Notes: a model not told the origin generated them from the letters alone. Shown: positions 41,907-52,749, counted from the stretch's first letter. The stretch is 64,000 bases of DNA from an uncultured Bacilli bacterium (GCA_934098745.1 CAKOPG010000008.1:6897-70896); one strand, 5' to 3'. Numbers and translations: made by a program.

Positions 41907-42227
41907 ATGAAGAAGAAACTAATTATTATATTAAGTGCATTAAGTATAATCATTATTATTTCAGGTATTATATTAGCTAAGAAGAATAATTCTACCATTA
42001 ATAAATTAGAAATTATCGATGCTACATATATGTGTGATAATTACCATGAAAAATTCTATGAAGATAATGAATATATATATTATTTTCCATGTACCAAGAG
42101 TAGTTCACTATATATTAAATATCAAAATGGCAATAAATACTTAGTAACCTCAGCTCTTGAAGAAGAAAAAGTAACCATAGATGAACTTATTAAATCTGGT
42201 TTAGAAGTTATTAAAGAAAAAAAATAG
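41907..42227 (+). CDS. small membrane-anchored protein, unknown function
   Basis: 106-aa ORF with an N-terminal TM helix and an RBS (GGAGAA). Confidence 0.5.
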   Translation: MKKKLIIILSALSIIIIISGIILAKKNNSTINKLEIIDATYMCDNYHEKFYEDNEYIYYFPCTKSSSLYIKYQNGNKYLVTSALEEEKVTIDELIKSGLEVIKEKK

Positions 42228-42238
42228 CGGAGGAAAAT

Positions 42239-42961
42239 ATGGATAAGAAACTAATTTTTGAACTTACTAATCATAAAGTATATTATGTTAAAACTGATGT
42301 AATCAATTTCTATATAACCATACCTAATCACGTTGATAAAACTAATATATGTGTAGAAATTAAATCTAAAAATAGTAATTATGATTTAGAAACAAATGAT
42401 GAAATTTGGGTTTTAGAAAATGTCAAAAACACATTTTCATATATTGATGATTATAATATTACTTTAGTATTACCAGTATTTAAAGAAGAAGAAGTAGCTA
42501 TCTTAGAAAAAATTGATGACTCTCTTTATATAAATATTGATAAAATACTTGCTAGTGTAATTAACCAAGCTTATCTTTTATTAAAAGAAAACAAACAAGA
42601 AGTAGCTCCACAAGTATTCTTAGTTAATAATGATCGTTATCAAACATTTATTAATTGGTTTGCCACTCGTTATAAAGAAAGAATAACTTGTCAGAATCTT
42701 CTAGATATTATCCAAATGTTTAACGCTCAAGCTACATCATATAAAAAACTAGAAACCCCAGTAATAAATTTTGTCGTTGGTAGTTATAACACCGAAGTAG
42801 ACGCCCCCAAAGCCCTACCTAAACAAACCGAAGCAAAGTCAATACCAGCTCCGGAATTAAAACCCCAGTATAGTAGTGGATTTTCAAGTTATTTACTCCT
42901 TACAGTAATTACCATTGTTGTCGGAGCTATCGTGGCTTTCATTGCCTTTAATTATAAGTAA
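42239..42961 (+). CDS. C-terminally anchored protein, unknown function
   Basis: 240-aa ORF with a GGAGGA RBS and a single C-terminal TM helix. Confidence 0.5.
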   Translation: MDKKLIFELTNHKVYYVKTDVINFYITIPNHVDKTNICVEIKSKNSNYDLETNDEIWVLENVKNTFSYIDDYNITLVLPVFKEEEVAILEKIDDSLYINIDKILASVINQAYLLLKENKQEVAPQVFLVNNDRYQTFINWFATRYKERITCQNLLDIIQMFNAQATSYKKLETPVINFVVGSYNTEVDAPKALPKQTEAKSIPAPELKPQYSSGFSSYLLLTVITIVVGAIVAFIAFNYK

Positions 42962-43020
42962 TATATCATTTTCCAAAAGCTTTTTTTAATAGAGCTTTTT
43001 TCTATTCCTATAATTATCCT

Positions 43021-43057
43021 TATCTTACGTCAGTCCCTTTGGGATAAATAAAAAAGA
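43021..43057 (+). repeat. copy A of a conserved ~30-bp intergenic motif (TTACGTYAGTYCC-NNN-GGGATAA)
   Basis: ttatcttacgtcagtccctttgggataaataaaaaag is near-identical to 63580..63616 and, in reverse complement, to 59186..59214 and 61423..61453. Confidence 0.7.
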
Positions 43058-43080
43058 CCTAAGTCCTTTAAAATAATTAT

Positions 43081-43194
43081 CTATAACATATATGCAATAA
43101 TACCAATTATTGAAGAAGCTACCATTAATAATAACATAAATATTCCTATAATACGCATCCCTAAACTAGTTTTTTTCTTTTTCTTCTTACTCAT
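43081..43194 (-). CDS. candidate 37-aa Lys-rich/hydrophobic membrane peptide (not in the ORF track)
   Basis: AGAGGTGGA RBS, then ATG at 43194. Encodes MSKKKKKKTSLGMRIIGIFMLLLMVASSIIGIIAYML*. Followed on the minus strand by the hairpin aggac-ttag-gtctt plus a T-run. Confidence 0.35.
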   Translation of the reverse strand: MSKKKKKKTSLGMRIIGIFMLLLMVASSIIGIIAYML

Positions 43195-43271
43195 AATCCA
43201 CCTCTATTAATATTATAAACAAAATTTAGAATATTTACAAGATATAAGAATATAATTTTATAGGTGAAGAT

Positions 43272-43904
43272 ATGAAAAAAAAATATAACAGTATTAGTAA
43301 AATAATTATTCCTGCTAAAAAAATCAATTATTTCATTATAGGCATACTTTTCCTAGGATTAATCCTCGGAGCCGTCTTTGCAAATATCATTGGCTTTAAC
43401 GATAAAACTCTAGTAGTAGATAAAATTAAATTATTTATAGATAACGTCAACACCGGTGAAATAAATAGCCTTATAGCCTTTAAAAACAGCATATCTATTA
43501 ATTTATTATATGTAATTGTTATCTGGATAATGGGAATGACTTTAGTAGGCATACTATTTAATATCTTACTTCTTTTTTCTAAATCATTTATCCTAGGTTT
43601 TTCTCTTGCATCATTTATCATTACCTATAGTTACAAAGGCATAATTCTATCTATCCTATATCTATTACTAGGACAACTCCTAAACATCTTAGTAATCAGT
43701 ATCTTAACTATCTATAGCCTAATGTTTTCATCTAAACTATTTAAAGTAATATTTAAAAACCAAAATAATCATGATATTCTTAATTTCCTAAGAAATTATC
43801 TAATTATTCTAGCTTCATCAGTTATCATAAGCGGTATTTCTTCATCATTCGAATCATTCTTATTACCTGCCTTAATAAAATTAATCATTAAACTATTTAT
43901 ATAA
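43272..43904 (+). CDS. spoIIM: stage II sporulation protein M-like membrane protein
   Basis: 210 aa, five or six TM helices. Size and topology match SpoIIM. No diagnostic motif that I can verify by eye. Confidence 0.5.
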   Translation: MKKKYNSISKIIIPAKKINYFIIGILFLGLILGAVFANIIGFNDKTLVVDKIKLFIDNVNTGEINSLIAFKNSISINLLYVIVIWIMGMTLVGILFNILLLFSKSFILGFSLASFIITYSYKGIILSILYLLLGQLLNILVISILTIYSLMFSSKLFKVIFKNQNNHDILNFLRNYLIILASSVIISGISSSFESFLLPALIKLIIKLFI

Positions 43905-43950
43905 TAGTTTTTTTTCTTATTTTATGCTATACTTTTAACAGGTGATGTAA

Positions 43951-45030
43951 ATGAAAACAGTTGTTATTGGAATGTCTGGGGGCGTTGATTCTTCCGTTGC
44001 TGCCATATTACTAAAAAAACTTGGTTACAATGTAATTGGCTTATTTATGAGAAATTGGGATAGTACTATTAATAATGACTACCTCGGTAATCCTAACTTA
44101 AATAATAATATCTGTCCTCAAGAACAAGATTATAACGATGCCCTAGAAGTATGTCAAAAACTAGCTATCCCCTTACATAGAGTAGACTATGTTAAAGAAT
44201 ACTGGGATAACGTTTTTACTTATTTCTTAGATGAATTAAAAAAGGGTAGAACTCCCAATCCCGATGTTATGTGTAATAAATATATTAAATTTGACCTGTT
44301 TTATAAAAAAGCTAAAGAACTTGGTGCTGATTATATTGCTACGGGTCATTATGCTAAAATAATTGATGGTTCATTATATAAAGCCACTGATAAAAACAAA
44401 GATCAAAGTTACTTTCTCGCATACGTAAACAAAAATATATTCAAAGATGTCTTATTCCCTTTACAAGATATTACCAAACCAGAAGTAAGAAAAATAGCCG
44501 AACAATATGGTCTAATAACTGCTAAGAAAAAAGACTCTACAGGTATTTGTTTTATTGGTGAAAGAAACTTCACTAAATTCCTAAAAAACTATCTACCAAA
44601 TCTTCCGGGTGATATTATTGATATTGAAACTAATAAAGTTTTAGGAAAACATATCGGCTTAATGTATTATACCATAGGGCAGAGAAAAGGCTTAGAATTA
44701 GGAGGCGGTAACGAAAAAATATTTGTTGTAAAAAAAGATGTTGATAAAAATATTTTATATGTTGCTAGCGGTGATGAAAATAAATATCTATTTTCCACAA
44801 AAGCTCTAATTACTAACTTTAATTTCTTAACCGAAGAAAAATATCAAACATGTACTTGTAAATTTAGATATCGTCAAGAAGATATTCCTTGTCAAGTAAA
44901 ATACTTAGATAATAATACTCTCGAATTAACTTACAAACCCGCCAAAGCAGTTACCCCCGGACAATTTTGTGTTTTATACAAAGACGATCTATGCCTAGGT
45001 GGCGGAATTATTGAAAAAATAGAAAAATAG
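43951..45030 (+). CDS. mnmA: tRNA 2-thiouridine(34) synthase
   Basis: 359 aa. [17 protein letters not shown]-loop, [21 protein letters not shown] and [10 protein letters not shown] blocks. Confidence 0.95.
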   Translation: MKTVVIGMSGGVDSSVAAILLKKLGYNVIGLFMRNWDSTINNDYLGNPNLNNNICPQEQDYNDALEVCQKLAIPLHRVDYVKEYWDNVFTYFLDELKKGRTPNPDVMCNKYIKFDLFYKKAKELGADYIATGHYAKIIDGSLYKATDKNKDQSYFLAYVNKNIFKDVLFPLQDITKPEVRKIAEQYGLITAKKKDSTGICFIGERNFTKFLKNYLPNLPGDIIDIETNKVLGKHIGLMYYTIGQRKGLELGGGNEKIFVVKKDVDKNILYVASGDENKYLFSTKALITNFNFLTEEKYQTCTCKFRYRQEDIPCQVKYLDNNTLELTYKPAKAVTPGQFCVLYKDDLCLGGGIIEKIEK

Positions 45031-45092
45031 GACTAAAAAGATAGTCTTATTTTTTTTACTGTGTTATAATTGTTATAGATAGGAGTATAGCT

Positions 45093-45788
45093 ATGGAACG
45101 AGCCTTATTATTATTTATTTCAGTTTTACCTGTTTATCTCATTTTAGCATATATCTATAAAAAAGATAGTGAAAAAGAATCTCGTAAATTGCTAACTAAA
45201 TTATTTATATATGGTGTCTTATCTTGTTTTCCAGCTACACTTCTCGAATTATATATTGGTTCTTATTTTCCCCCTGAAGAAAACATGGATTTAATTACCT
45301 TGTTTATCTATGTTTTTCTAAGCATCGCCTTAGTTGAAGAATTATGCAAATGGTGGATGTCCTATAAGATAAGCTATAATAATGAAGAATTTGATCAAAT
45401 ATATGATGGTATCGTCTATACAGTTTTTGTATCTCTAGGATTTGCTTGCTTTGAAAACATCTTATATGTCTTCGATTCCGGCTTCATGGTTGGTATTTTA
45501 AGAATGTTTCTCGCCATTCCTGGCCATGCCTGTGATGCCATCGTTATGGGTAATTATTACAGCCTAGCTAAAATGGCTAACGTAATGGGAAATCGTTCCC
45601 GTGAAAAAAGAAACCTCTTCCTAAGCATCCTGATGCCAACCATTACCCACACCTTATATGATTATTGTCTTTTTACTGGCGAATCTACATTTCTAATACT
45701 ATTTATTATCTTAGTAATAACCATCTATATTTACAGTTTCAAAAAAGTAAAACACTTTTCTAAAATAGATGGTCAGTTCACCAGTTGA
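45093..45788 (+). CDS. prsW: PrsW-family intramembrane metalloprotease
   Basis: 231 aa, polytopic. VEELCKW (EExxK), FACFEN, GHACDA and HTLYD motifs. Confidence 0.7.
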   Translation: MERALLLFISVLPVYLILAYIYKKDSEKESRKLLTKLFIYGVLSCFPATLLELYIGSYFPPEENMDLITLFIYVFLSIALVEELCKWWMSYKISYNNEEFDQIYDGIVYTVFVSLGFACFENILYVFDSGFMVGILRMFLAIPGHACDAIVMGNYYSLAKMANVMGNRSREKRNLFLSILMPTITHTLYDYCLFTGESTFLILFIILVITIYIYSFKKVKHFSKIDGQFTS

Positions 45789-45904
45789 CATTTAAATACT
45801 AATTATATGTCAAAAATATAAACCAATTATAATTGATAAATATAGTTAATAACTTGACACAATAAGTGTAAAATGATAAAATTAATATATATACGGAGGA
45901 TATT

Positions 45905-46687
45905 ATGAATACTGTTGAAAAAATTAATATAATATTACGTGAAGCAAATATTTCTAAAGTTAACTTAGCTAAATATTTGGGTGTATCAAGACAAATGGTA
46001 TATAACTACCTAGATGGTGAAGATCTATCTAAATTATCAAATGATAAATCCCAAGCTTTATTTGCTTTACTAAACGTTAAAAATGAAGAAGAACTAAAAA
46101 ATAAAGAACTTACCAAAGAATATATTCAAGAAGTAGGTAATAAATTATTTAACTCTAAAAGCAAGACCGTTAAAAAGAATGAAATAATTGAATTAACGGG
46201 ATTAAGACCAGAAGAACAAACCATTGTAAATGATATAGTTTTTATTATAAAAGAGATGTTAAATGAAGATAAAACTAAAAACAGTTTGACATTGCTTAAC
46301 TACTTTTATCATTTTATTCAAGCTGTAAACAAATCTAAAGAAACTAAATATATCTTAGCTTATGTTTCTAAAGCTGCTGGCTTTACTAATCCAACAACCT
46401 ATGAATTTGATGATGAACAACAATTTGTTTTTGAAAGCATAATGTATTCAGCCATGACACTATATAATAACGGTGGAGCTTCAAGAACAAAACTTGCTGA
46501 ATCTCATCGTCGTTGGGAAAATGAATTATCCAAAAAGAACGAAGAAAAATTAAGCCGTACCCAAGAACTTAATACTGCTAAAGTCTTAGCCCTAAAAGAA
46601 CTTGGTTACACCGAAATAAATGAACACAACGCCAGTGAAGTATTCGATAAAATAGCCGAAATACAATCACGTGGAGCTTATAATTAA
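45905..46687 (+). CDS. XRE-family helix-turn-helix protein
   Basis: 260 aa. N-terminal HTH (ISKVNLAKYLGVSRQMVYNYLDG). Preceded by TTGACA-N17-TAAAAT. Confidence 0.65.
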   Translation: MNTVEKINIILREANISKVNLAKYLGVSRQMVYNYLDGEDLSKLSNDKSQALFALLNVKNEEELKNKELTKEYIQEVGNKLFNSKSKTVKKNEIIELTGLRPEEQTIVNDIVFIIKEMLNEDKTKNSLTLLNYFYHFIQAVNKSKETKYILAYVSKAAGFTNPTTYEFDDEQQFVFESIMYSAMTLYNNGGASRTKLAESHRRWENELSKKNEEKLSRTQELNTAKVLALKELGYTEINEHNASEVFDKIAEIQSRGAYN

Positions 46688-46739
46688 AAAAGAATGCAAG
46701 GGTAGGGTAAAACCTACTCTTTATATATTGAGGTATAAC

Positions 46740-48266
46740 ATGAAAAAAATATTCAAAAAAGAGAACCTAATCTTTCTCTTAACAATAATTCTCTGTACAT
46801 TAATAGTAATATATTTTGATATTCAAAAAGAAACTTATGATGGTGATGAACTATACACCTACACCTTATCAACTAGTGCCAAAGGTGGCTTTATGGGCGG
46901 AAATTTCCCTCTAGATACCTTTAATAATCCCGATATTATCAATGAATCTCTAACTCTTCAAAGAGAAGAACTATTTGATCTAAGAACCATTTACTATAAC
47001 CAAGTAAATGACGTTCATCCACCATTATATTATTTTCTATTCCATTATATTTCTATCTTTTCCTTTAACAAATTCTCTAAATGGCCTGGCCTAATTCTAA
47101 ATCTCTTAATCTATTTATTTACCCTTTTCTTAGTATTTTCAATAACTAAAAACCTTACTAACAATAAATACTTTCCCTTTATAACTACTTTAGTATATGG
47201 TATTAGTAATGGTGCTATAAGTACCCAATTATTTATCAGAATGTATATGCTCTTAACAATGTTCTGTTTACTATTTATCTATCTAATCATTAAATTAACC
47301 CAAAATAAAAATAATAACCAACTCTTCCTTCTCTTAACCATTACCACCTTCTTAGGATTTATGACTCATTATTACTTCCTCGTATTTGCCTTTATCTATT
47401 CTCTAATATATTTTATCTACACCCTAGTTAAAAAAAGATATTCCCATCTATTAAAATTCTCTATAAGTGTCCTTTCCGGAGTAATATGTGGCTATATCGT
47501 CTTTCCAGCCTCATATAATCATTTATTTAACAGCTATCATGATGTAAGTACCAGTAATAATTTAATTCATTCCAACATAATATACAACCTTAAATCCATC
47601 TATAAAAGATTAAATATTGAACTATTTTATAGTATCTTACCAGTAATATTAATATTACTTTTAATACTCATAATATATAAAATAATAACCAAAAAACACT
47701 TTAATAATCCTTATATCATCTATTTAACATCCGGATCTATTATTTATTTCTTATTAGTATTAAAAATAACTCCCATCTTATCAACCAGATATATTTATAA
47801 CATCTACCCCATAATAGAAATAGTACTCTGCCTCTTAATTTGTAATATTATTAAAAATTATAAATTACCAAAAATAATCCTTACTATTATCTTCATCCCT
47901 TTAGCATATTCCAACATATTTATAAATGAAGTTTCTTGGTGTAACCAAATACCAAAAGAAGATACCTCAGTAATTAATACCTATAAAAATTACCCTTATC
48001 TATATTTAGCAAATAGCGATTATGATCTAACATCTAAAACCTTTTACGCTAGATTATTTAAAGAATTCTACATTACTTACCATATCGATGAAGAAAGTAT
48101 TAATTACATAACCACTTATTTAAAAGATAATTCTTATAATGGCATAGTTATAGATATATCTAATACCATAGATCAAGAAAAATATCTACACGAAATAGCC
48201 AGTATCATGAATTATTCAAAAAGAATAGATACAAACTTAGGTATAATTCTAGAAAGTCATCCTTAA
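46740..48266 (+). CDS. polytopic GT-C-type (family 39/ArnT-like) glycosyltransferase
   Basis: Start moved to the ATG at 46740 (MKKIFKKENLIFLL...). More than 10 TM helices. The DVHPPLYYF loop motif after TM1 is typical of PMT/ArnT-like enzymes. Confidence 0.5.
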   Translation: MKKIFKKENLIFLLTIILCTLIVIYFDIQKETYDGDELYTYTLSTSAKGGFMGGNFPLDTFNNPDIINESLTLQREELFDLRTIYYNQVNDVHPPLYYFLFHYISIFSFNKFSKWPGLILNLLIYLFTLFLVFSITKNLTNNKYFPFITTLVYGISNGAISTQLFIRMYMLLTMFCLLFIYLIIKLTQNKNNNQLFLLLTITTFLGFMTHYYFLVFAFIYSLIYFIYTLVKKRYSHLLKFSISVLSGVICGYIVFPASYNHLFNSYHDVSTSNNLIHSNIIYNLKSIYKRLNIELFYSILPVILILLLILIIYKIITKKHFNNPYIIYLTSGSIIYFLLVLKITPILSTRYIYNIYPIIEIVLCLLICNIIKNYKLPKIILTIIFIPLAYSNIFINEVSWCNQIPKEDTSVINTYKNYPYLYLANSDYDLTSKTFYARLFKEFYITYHIDEESINYITTYLKDNSYNGIVIDISNTIDQEKYLHEIASIMNYSKRIDTNLGIILESHP

Positions 48267-48335
48267 TGATGGCTTTTTTTAACATTTAAAATAATCAACT
48301 GCATCTCCCATAATTATTAAAATGTCGGTATATAA

Positions 48336-48364
48336 TTTACAATAATATAATAATTTGTTATAAT
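48336..48364 (+). promoter_or_regulatory. candidate cas9 promoter
   Basis: TTTACA (48336..48341), 17-nt spacer ending in TGt, TATAAT (48359..48364). Its transcript would run sense through the tracrRNA locus into cas9. Confidence 0.5.
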
Positions 48365-48382
48365 GAGACCAAGATGAACCAC

Positions 48383-48478
48383 AAAAAAACTACCAAAGCA
48401 GTTGTTCTTACTAGAGTAAGTATTTAGGCCAAAGGCTTTTATTTTAACTCTCTATGTCATCTTAAATGGTATTAAGAC
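48383..48478 (-). ncRNA. tracrRNA: tracrRNA
   Basis: The minus strand reads GUUGUCUUAAUACCAUUUAAGAUGACAUAGAGAGUUAAAAUAAAAGCCUUUGGCCUAAAUACUUACUCUAGUAAGAACAACUGCUUUGGUAGUUUUUUU. It has a 23-nt perfect complement to the repeat core (48453..48475). The GUUAAAAUAA nexus is identical to the S. pyogenes tracrRNA, as I recall that sequence. Also present: the CUUAC-UCUA-GUAAG hairpin, a U7 tail, and its own promoter TTGACT-N17-TATTAT (-35 at 48508..48513, -10 at 48485..48490). Confidence 0.8.
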
Positions 48479-48520
48479 AACTACATAATATCACTTTTTA
48501 GAAAGGAAGTCAATTAGTAA

Positions 48521-51500
48521 ATGAAAAATTATAGTATAGGATTAGATATTGGTACAACCTCAGTTGGTTGGGCAATAATTGATAATAGTACATTCAAACT
48601 AATAAAAAAAGGAAACAAAAGACAAAGTATGTGGGGAGTAAGACTCTTTGATGAAGCAATATCCGCTGAAGGAAGAAGAAGTAGTAGAAGCTCTAGAAGA
48701 AGATACGAAAGAAGAAGACAAAGAATTAAATTATTACAAGAAATATTCAAAGGTGAAATAACAAAAGTTGATGCTGACTTTTTCAAAAAATTACATGACA
48801 GTTTTTATTCAACAGAAGATAAAACCAATAAAAAAGCAATATTAACTAATTATGATAAAATTAATATTTTTGGAAATAATAATAGAAAGCTAACTGAAAA
48901 GAAATATCCGACAATATACCATATTAGAAATAAAATTATTAACAGTAATGAAAAAGAAGATATTAGATTAATTTACTTAGCAATACATCATATCATTAAA
49001 TATCGTGGTAATTTCTTATATAATAGTGATAATTTTAGTGTTAATAACTTAAATATTAAAGAAAAATTACAAGAAACCTTTACTGAAATAAACTCTTTAT
49101 GTAAAGAAATAAATTTTAATTATGATGAAGTAAATGATAACTTATATGAGAAATTAGCAAAAGCATTATTAGAAAAATCAATAAATGATAAAAAAGTTTT
49201 AATAAAAGAATTATTAACAAATTACTTCAGCAAAGATTTCACAAATGAATTTATTAAATTAATTTTAGGTAATCAATTCAATATCTCAAAATTATTTAAT
49301 ATAGACTTAGAAGAAGAAATTAAACTTAATTTTAAAGGAACAGACTATGAAGATAAATATTCTGAACTAGAAAAAGCCCTTGAAGATAAAATATCAGTAT
49401 TAAATTTACTCAAAGAATTATATGATATGCTATTCTTAAAAAATTTATTTGGTAATAGTAGTGAAACAAATATATCATCCCTTATGATTAATAGATATGA
49501 TAAACATCATTTAGATTTAATGTTTTTAAAAAGATTACTTAAATATGATAAAAACATATATAAAGAATTTTTTAAAGATAAAAACAAAGATACTTCAAAA
49601 GAAGAATTGTGCATATATTCAAAATATGTAAATAACAAGATTACTTATGATGAATTTATAAATAAACTAAATAAATCATTAGAAAAAATATTTGATAACA
49701 ACATACCATTAAAATTAAAGGAAGAATACAATAAAGTTAAAATTGACATAGAAAATGGAACATTTTTACCTAAAATAACAAACCCTGATAATGGTAAATA
49801 TCCATATCAATTAAACAAAGATGAACTAATAAAAATAATCGAATCACAAGGGAAGTATTATAACTTTTTAAATGAGAAAGTAATTATAAATGGTAAACTT
49901 AAATATAAGCTAGTGCAACTACTAGAATTTAGAATTCCATATTATGTTGGACCACTTAATACTAATACAAATAAAAAAAATGTTTGCAATAAAAATGCCT
50001 GGCTAATTAAAAAAGATAATTATGCAAAAATTACACCATTCAATTTTGATGAAGTAATAGATAAAGAACAAACCGCAGAACAATTTATCACAAGAATGAT
50101 ATCTAACTGTACATATTTAATAAACGAAAAAGCCATTCCTAGTAATTCTATACTATATTCAAAATATAAAGTTTTAAATGAACTTAAACAAATTAAAATA
50201 AACAATGCAAAATTACCAATAGATTTACAACATAAAATATATGAAGAATTATTTTTAACTACCAACAAAACAATAACAGAAAAAATGTTTATTGACTTTA
50301 TAAAGAAGACAAACGAATACTCGATGTATAATGATATATTATTAATCGAAGGGTATTCAGATGATAAAAAGTTTGCTAATAATATGAAAAGCTATTATGA
50401 TTTCTTTGGAGAAAATGGTATCTTTAATAATACAGATTATACTACTGAAGATGCTGAAGAAATAATTAAATGGATAACTATCTTTGAAGACAAAGATATA
50501 TTAGAGCAAAAAGTAAGAAATAATTATCCAAAATTAAACGAACAACAAATTAAACAAATCATTACAAAAAAATATCGTGGATGGAGTAATCTTTCTAAAA
50601 AGTTACTTACAGGAATAATTTATAAAGATAAAATAACAGAAAATCCCAAATCTATAATGGATTTAATGTGGGAAACAAGTGAAAACTTTATGCAAATTAT
50701 GTTTAATAAAGAATATAAGTTTCAAGATAAAATTAATAAACTTAATGTAGTAAAAGATATAAATAAAATTAATTATTCACTAGTAGAAAACCTTGCTACC
50801 TCTCCAGCTACTAAAAAAGGAATATATCAAGCCTTAAAAGTAGTTGAAGAGTTGATTAACTATATGGGATATAGCCCTGAAAATATTATAATAGAAATGG
50901 CTAGAAGTGAAGAACTAAAGCAAAGAAAAGATAATCGAAAAGAATACCTAAAGAAAATATATATAAATTGTAAAAAAGATATTGATAACTATAATTCACT
51001 CTTTGCCGAATTAGAAAAAAAAGACAAAATAGATTCCGAAAAATTATTCTTATATTTTATCCAATTAGGTAGAAGCATCTATTCAAAAGAACCCTTAGAT
51101 ATAAATAATCTAGAATCATATGAAGTCGATCACATAATACCAAGAACTTTGATTAAAGATGATTCAATTGATAATAAAGTCTTAGTATTAAAAGAGGAAA
51201 ATCAAGAAAAAGCAGCAAGTTTTGTATTGCCAAGACATTTTAGAACAAACGAGATGATACAATGGTGGAAACATCTAAAAGACTTAAACCTAATTAGTTC
51301 AAAAAAATTTAATAACTTATGTCGAGATTATTATTCAGAAAAAGATATTGAAGGATTTATTAATAGACAATTAGTAGAAACAAGACAAATAGCTAAACAT
51401 GTAGCAAATATCTTAAATAATTTTTACAAAAGCACTAACATAATTTATTTACACGCCAACTTATCCAGTAATTATAGAGAAAAGTATGAATTGTTTAAAT

Positions 51501-52690
51501 ATCGAGAATTAAATGATTTCCATCATGCACATGACGCCTATTTAGCAAGTGTACTTGGTATATATCAAAAAAAATATCTCAATAAATCTACTGATTTTAA
51601 TAAATTAAAAGCATTGCAAAAAAAATTAAGTACTGCAGGAAAATATAATGAATTAAAATATGGTTATGTCATTAACAGTATCAACAATGAAGTAGCACGT
51701 TTTAATGAAGATACCGGTGAAATATTATTTGATGCTGACTATTTTAATGATACAATTAAAAACACTTTATATCAAAACGACATATTAATAAGTAAAAAAA
51801 CAGAGATTAAAACAGACAGATTTTATAAAGAAACAATATATAAAAAACATGATAAAAAAGTAAAATTCAATTTAAAAGAAAACTTAGATCCTTATTTATA
51901 TGGTGGATATACTGAAACAAACTATTCATACATGAAATTAATTGAATATCAAAAGAAAAATAAAAAAATTAATTCCTTAATTGGTATTCCTGTCTTACTA
52001 GAAAAAAACAAAAATAAAGAAAAACTAATTGATAACTACATTAAAAAAGCTTTCTCAATAGATAACTATATAGTAAAAAAAGCCAAATTACCATTTAATT
52101 TATTGCTTAATTATAAAAATCATAACTGTATAATTACTGGTTGCGCTACAGCCTCAGCAGAACTTGTCAATGCCAAAGAATTTACTTTAACAAAAAAAGA
52201 ACAAATAGAATACAAATACTTATTAAATTATATCTTCAATAATAAATATCCTAATAAAGAAAAATATCTAAAAGAAAATAAATTAAATGATATGAATTAT
52301 ATAGATTATCAAGAACATTGTAAAAAAGTATTTAATAGCCAAATAAATAACTTATTTACATTGATAATAGAACGTATTAAAACCAATTATCCTCTTTATA
52401 ATTCAATATATGAAAAATTAAACTTAGTTAAAAACTCCAAAGAATTTGCTAATTTACCACTTGAAATAAGTAATGAAGAAGCCAGAAAAGGTAATATATC
52501 AAAAACAATTATAATCAATCAATTATTCATAATGTTAAAGTGTAATCCAACCAATGTCAATTTAGAAAGACTAAATAAAACCGTTAAATTTAATAATAGA
52601 GTTGGCAGAACAAGTAGTGTTAATATTACATCAGCAACTATAATAAATAAATCAGTAACAGGTTTAAAGGAAAGAAAATATGAGTTTTAG
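48521..52690 (+). CDS. cas9: type II CRISPR-associated endonuclease Cas9
   Basis: 1389 aa. RuvC-I YSIGLDIGTTSVGWAII, Arg-rich bridge helix RRSSRSSRRRYERRRQRI, RuvC-II IIIEMARS, HNH YEVDHIIPRTLIKDDSIDNKVLV, RuvC-III DFHHAHDAYL. Confidence 0.97.
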   Translation: MKNYSIGLDIGTTSVGWAIIDNSTFKLIKKGNKRQSMWGVRLFDEAISAEGRRSSRSSRRRYERRRQRIKLLQEIFKGEITKVDADFFKKLHDSFYSTEDKTNKKAILTNYDKINIFGNNNRKLTEKKYPTIYHIRNKIINSNEKEDIRLIYLAIHHIIKYRGNFLYNSDNFSVNNLNIKEKLQETFTEINSLCKEINFNYDEVNDNLYEKLAKALLEKSINDKKVLIKELLTNYFSKDFTNEFIKLILGNQFNISKLFNIDLEEEIKLNFKGTDYEDKYSELEKALEDKISVLNLLKELYDMLFLKNLFGNSSETNISSLMINRYDKHHLDLMFLKRLLKYDKNIYKEFFKDKNKDTSKEELCIYSKYVNNKITYDEFINKLNKSLEKIFDNNIPLKLKEEYNKVKIDIENGTFLPKITNPDNGKYPYQLNKDELIKIIESQGKYYNFLNEKVIINGKLKYKLVQLLEFRIPYYVGPLNTNTNKKNVCNKNAWLIKKDNYAKITPFNFDEVIDKEQTAEQFITRMISNCTYLINEKAIPSNSILYSKYKVLNELKQIKINNAKLPIDLQHKIYEELFLTTNKTITEKMFIDFIKKTNEYSMYNDILLIEGYSDDKKFANNMKSYYDFFGENGIFNNTDYTTEDAEEIIKWITIFEDKDILEQKVRNNYPKLNEQQIKQIITKKYRGWSNLSKKLLTGIIYKDKITENPKSIMDLMWETSENFMQIMFNKEYKFQDKINKLNVVKDINKINYSLVENLATSPATKKGIYQALKVVEELINYMGYSPENIIIEMARSEELKQRKDNRKEYLKKIYINCKKDIDNYNSLFAELEKKDKIDSEKLFLYFIQLGRSIYSKEPLDINNLESYEVDHIIPRTLIKDDSIDNKVLVLKEENQEKAASFVLPRHFRTNEMIQWWKHLKDLNLISSKKFNNLCRDYYSEKDIEGFINRQLVETRQIAKHVANILNNFYKSTNIIYLHANLSSNYREKYELFKYRELNDFHHAHDAYLASVLGIYQKKYLNKSTDFNKLKALQKKLSTAGKYNELKYGYVINSINNEVARFNEDTGEILFDADYFNDTIKNTLYQNDILISKKTEIKTDRFYKETIYKKHDKKVKFNLKENLDPYLYGGYTETNYSYMKLIEYQKKNKKINSLIGIPVLLEKNKNKEKLIDNYIKKAFSIDNYIVKKAKLPFNLLLNYKNHNCIITGCATASAELVNAKEFTLTKKEQIEYKYLLNYIFNNKYPNKEKYLKENKLNDMNYIDYQEHCKKVFNSQINNLFTLIIERIKTNYPLYNSIYEKLNLVKNSKEFANLPLEISNEEARKGNISKTIIINQLFIMLKCNPTNVNLERLNKTVKFNNRVGRTSSVNITSATIINKSVTGLKERKYEF

Positions 52691-52749
52691 AACTACAAAT
52701 AATAAAGATAAAGTAGTGAAAACAATTGCTAGTAATTTAGATAAATTTC

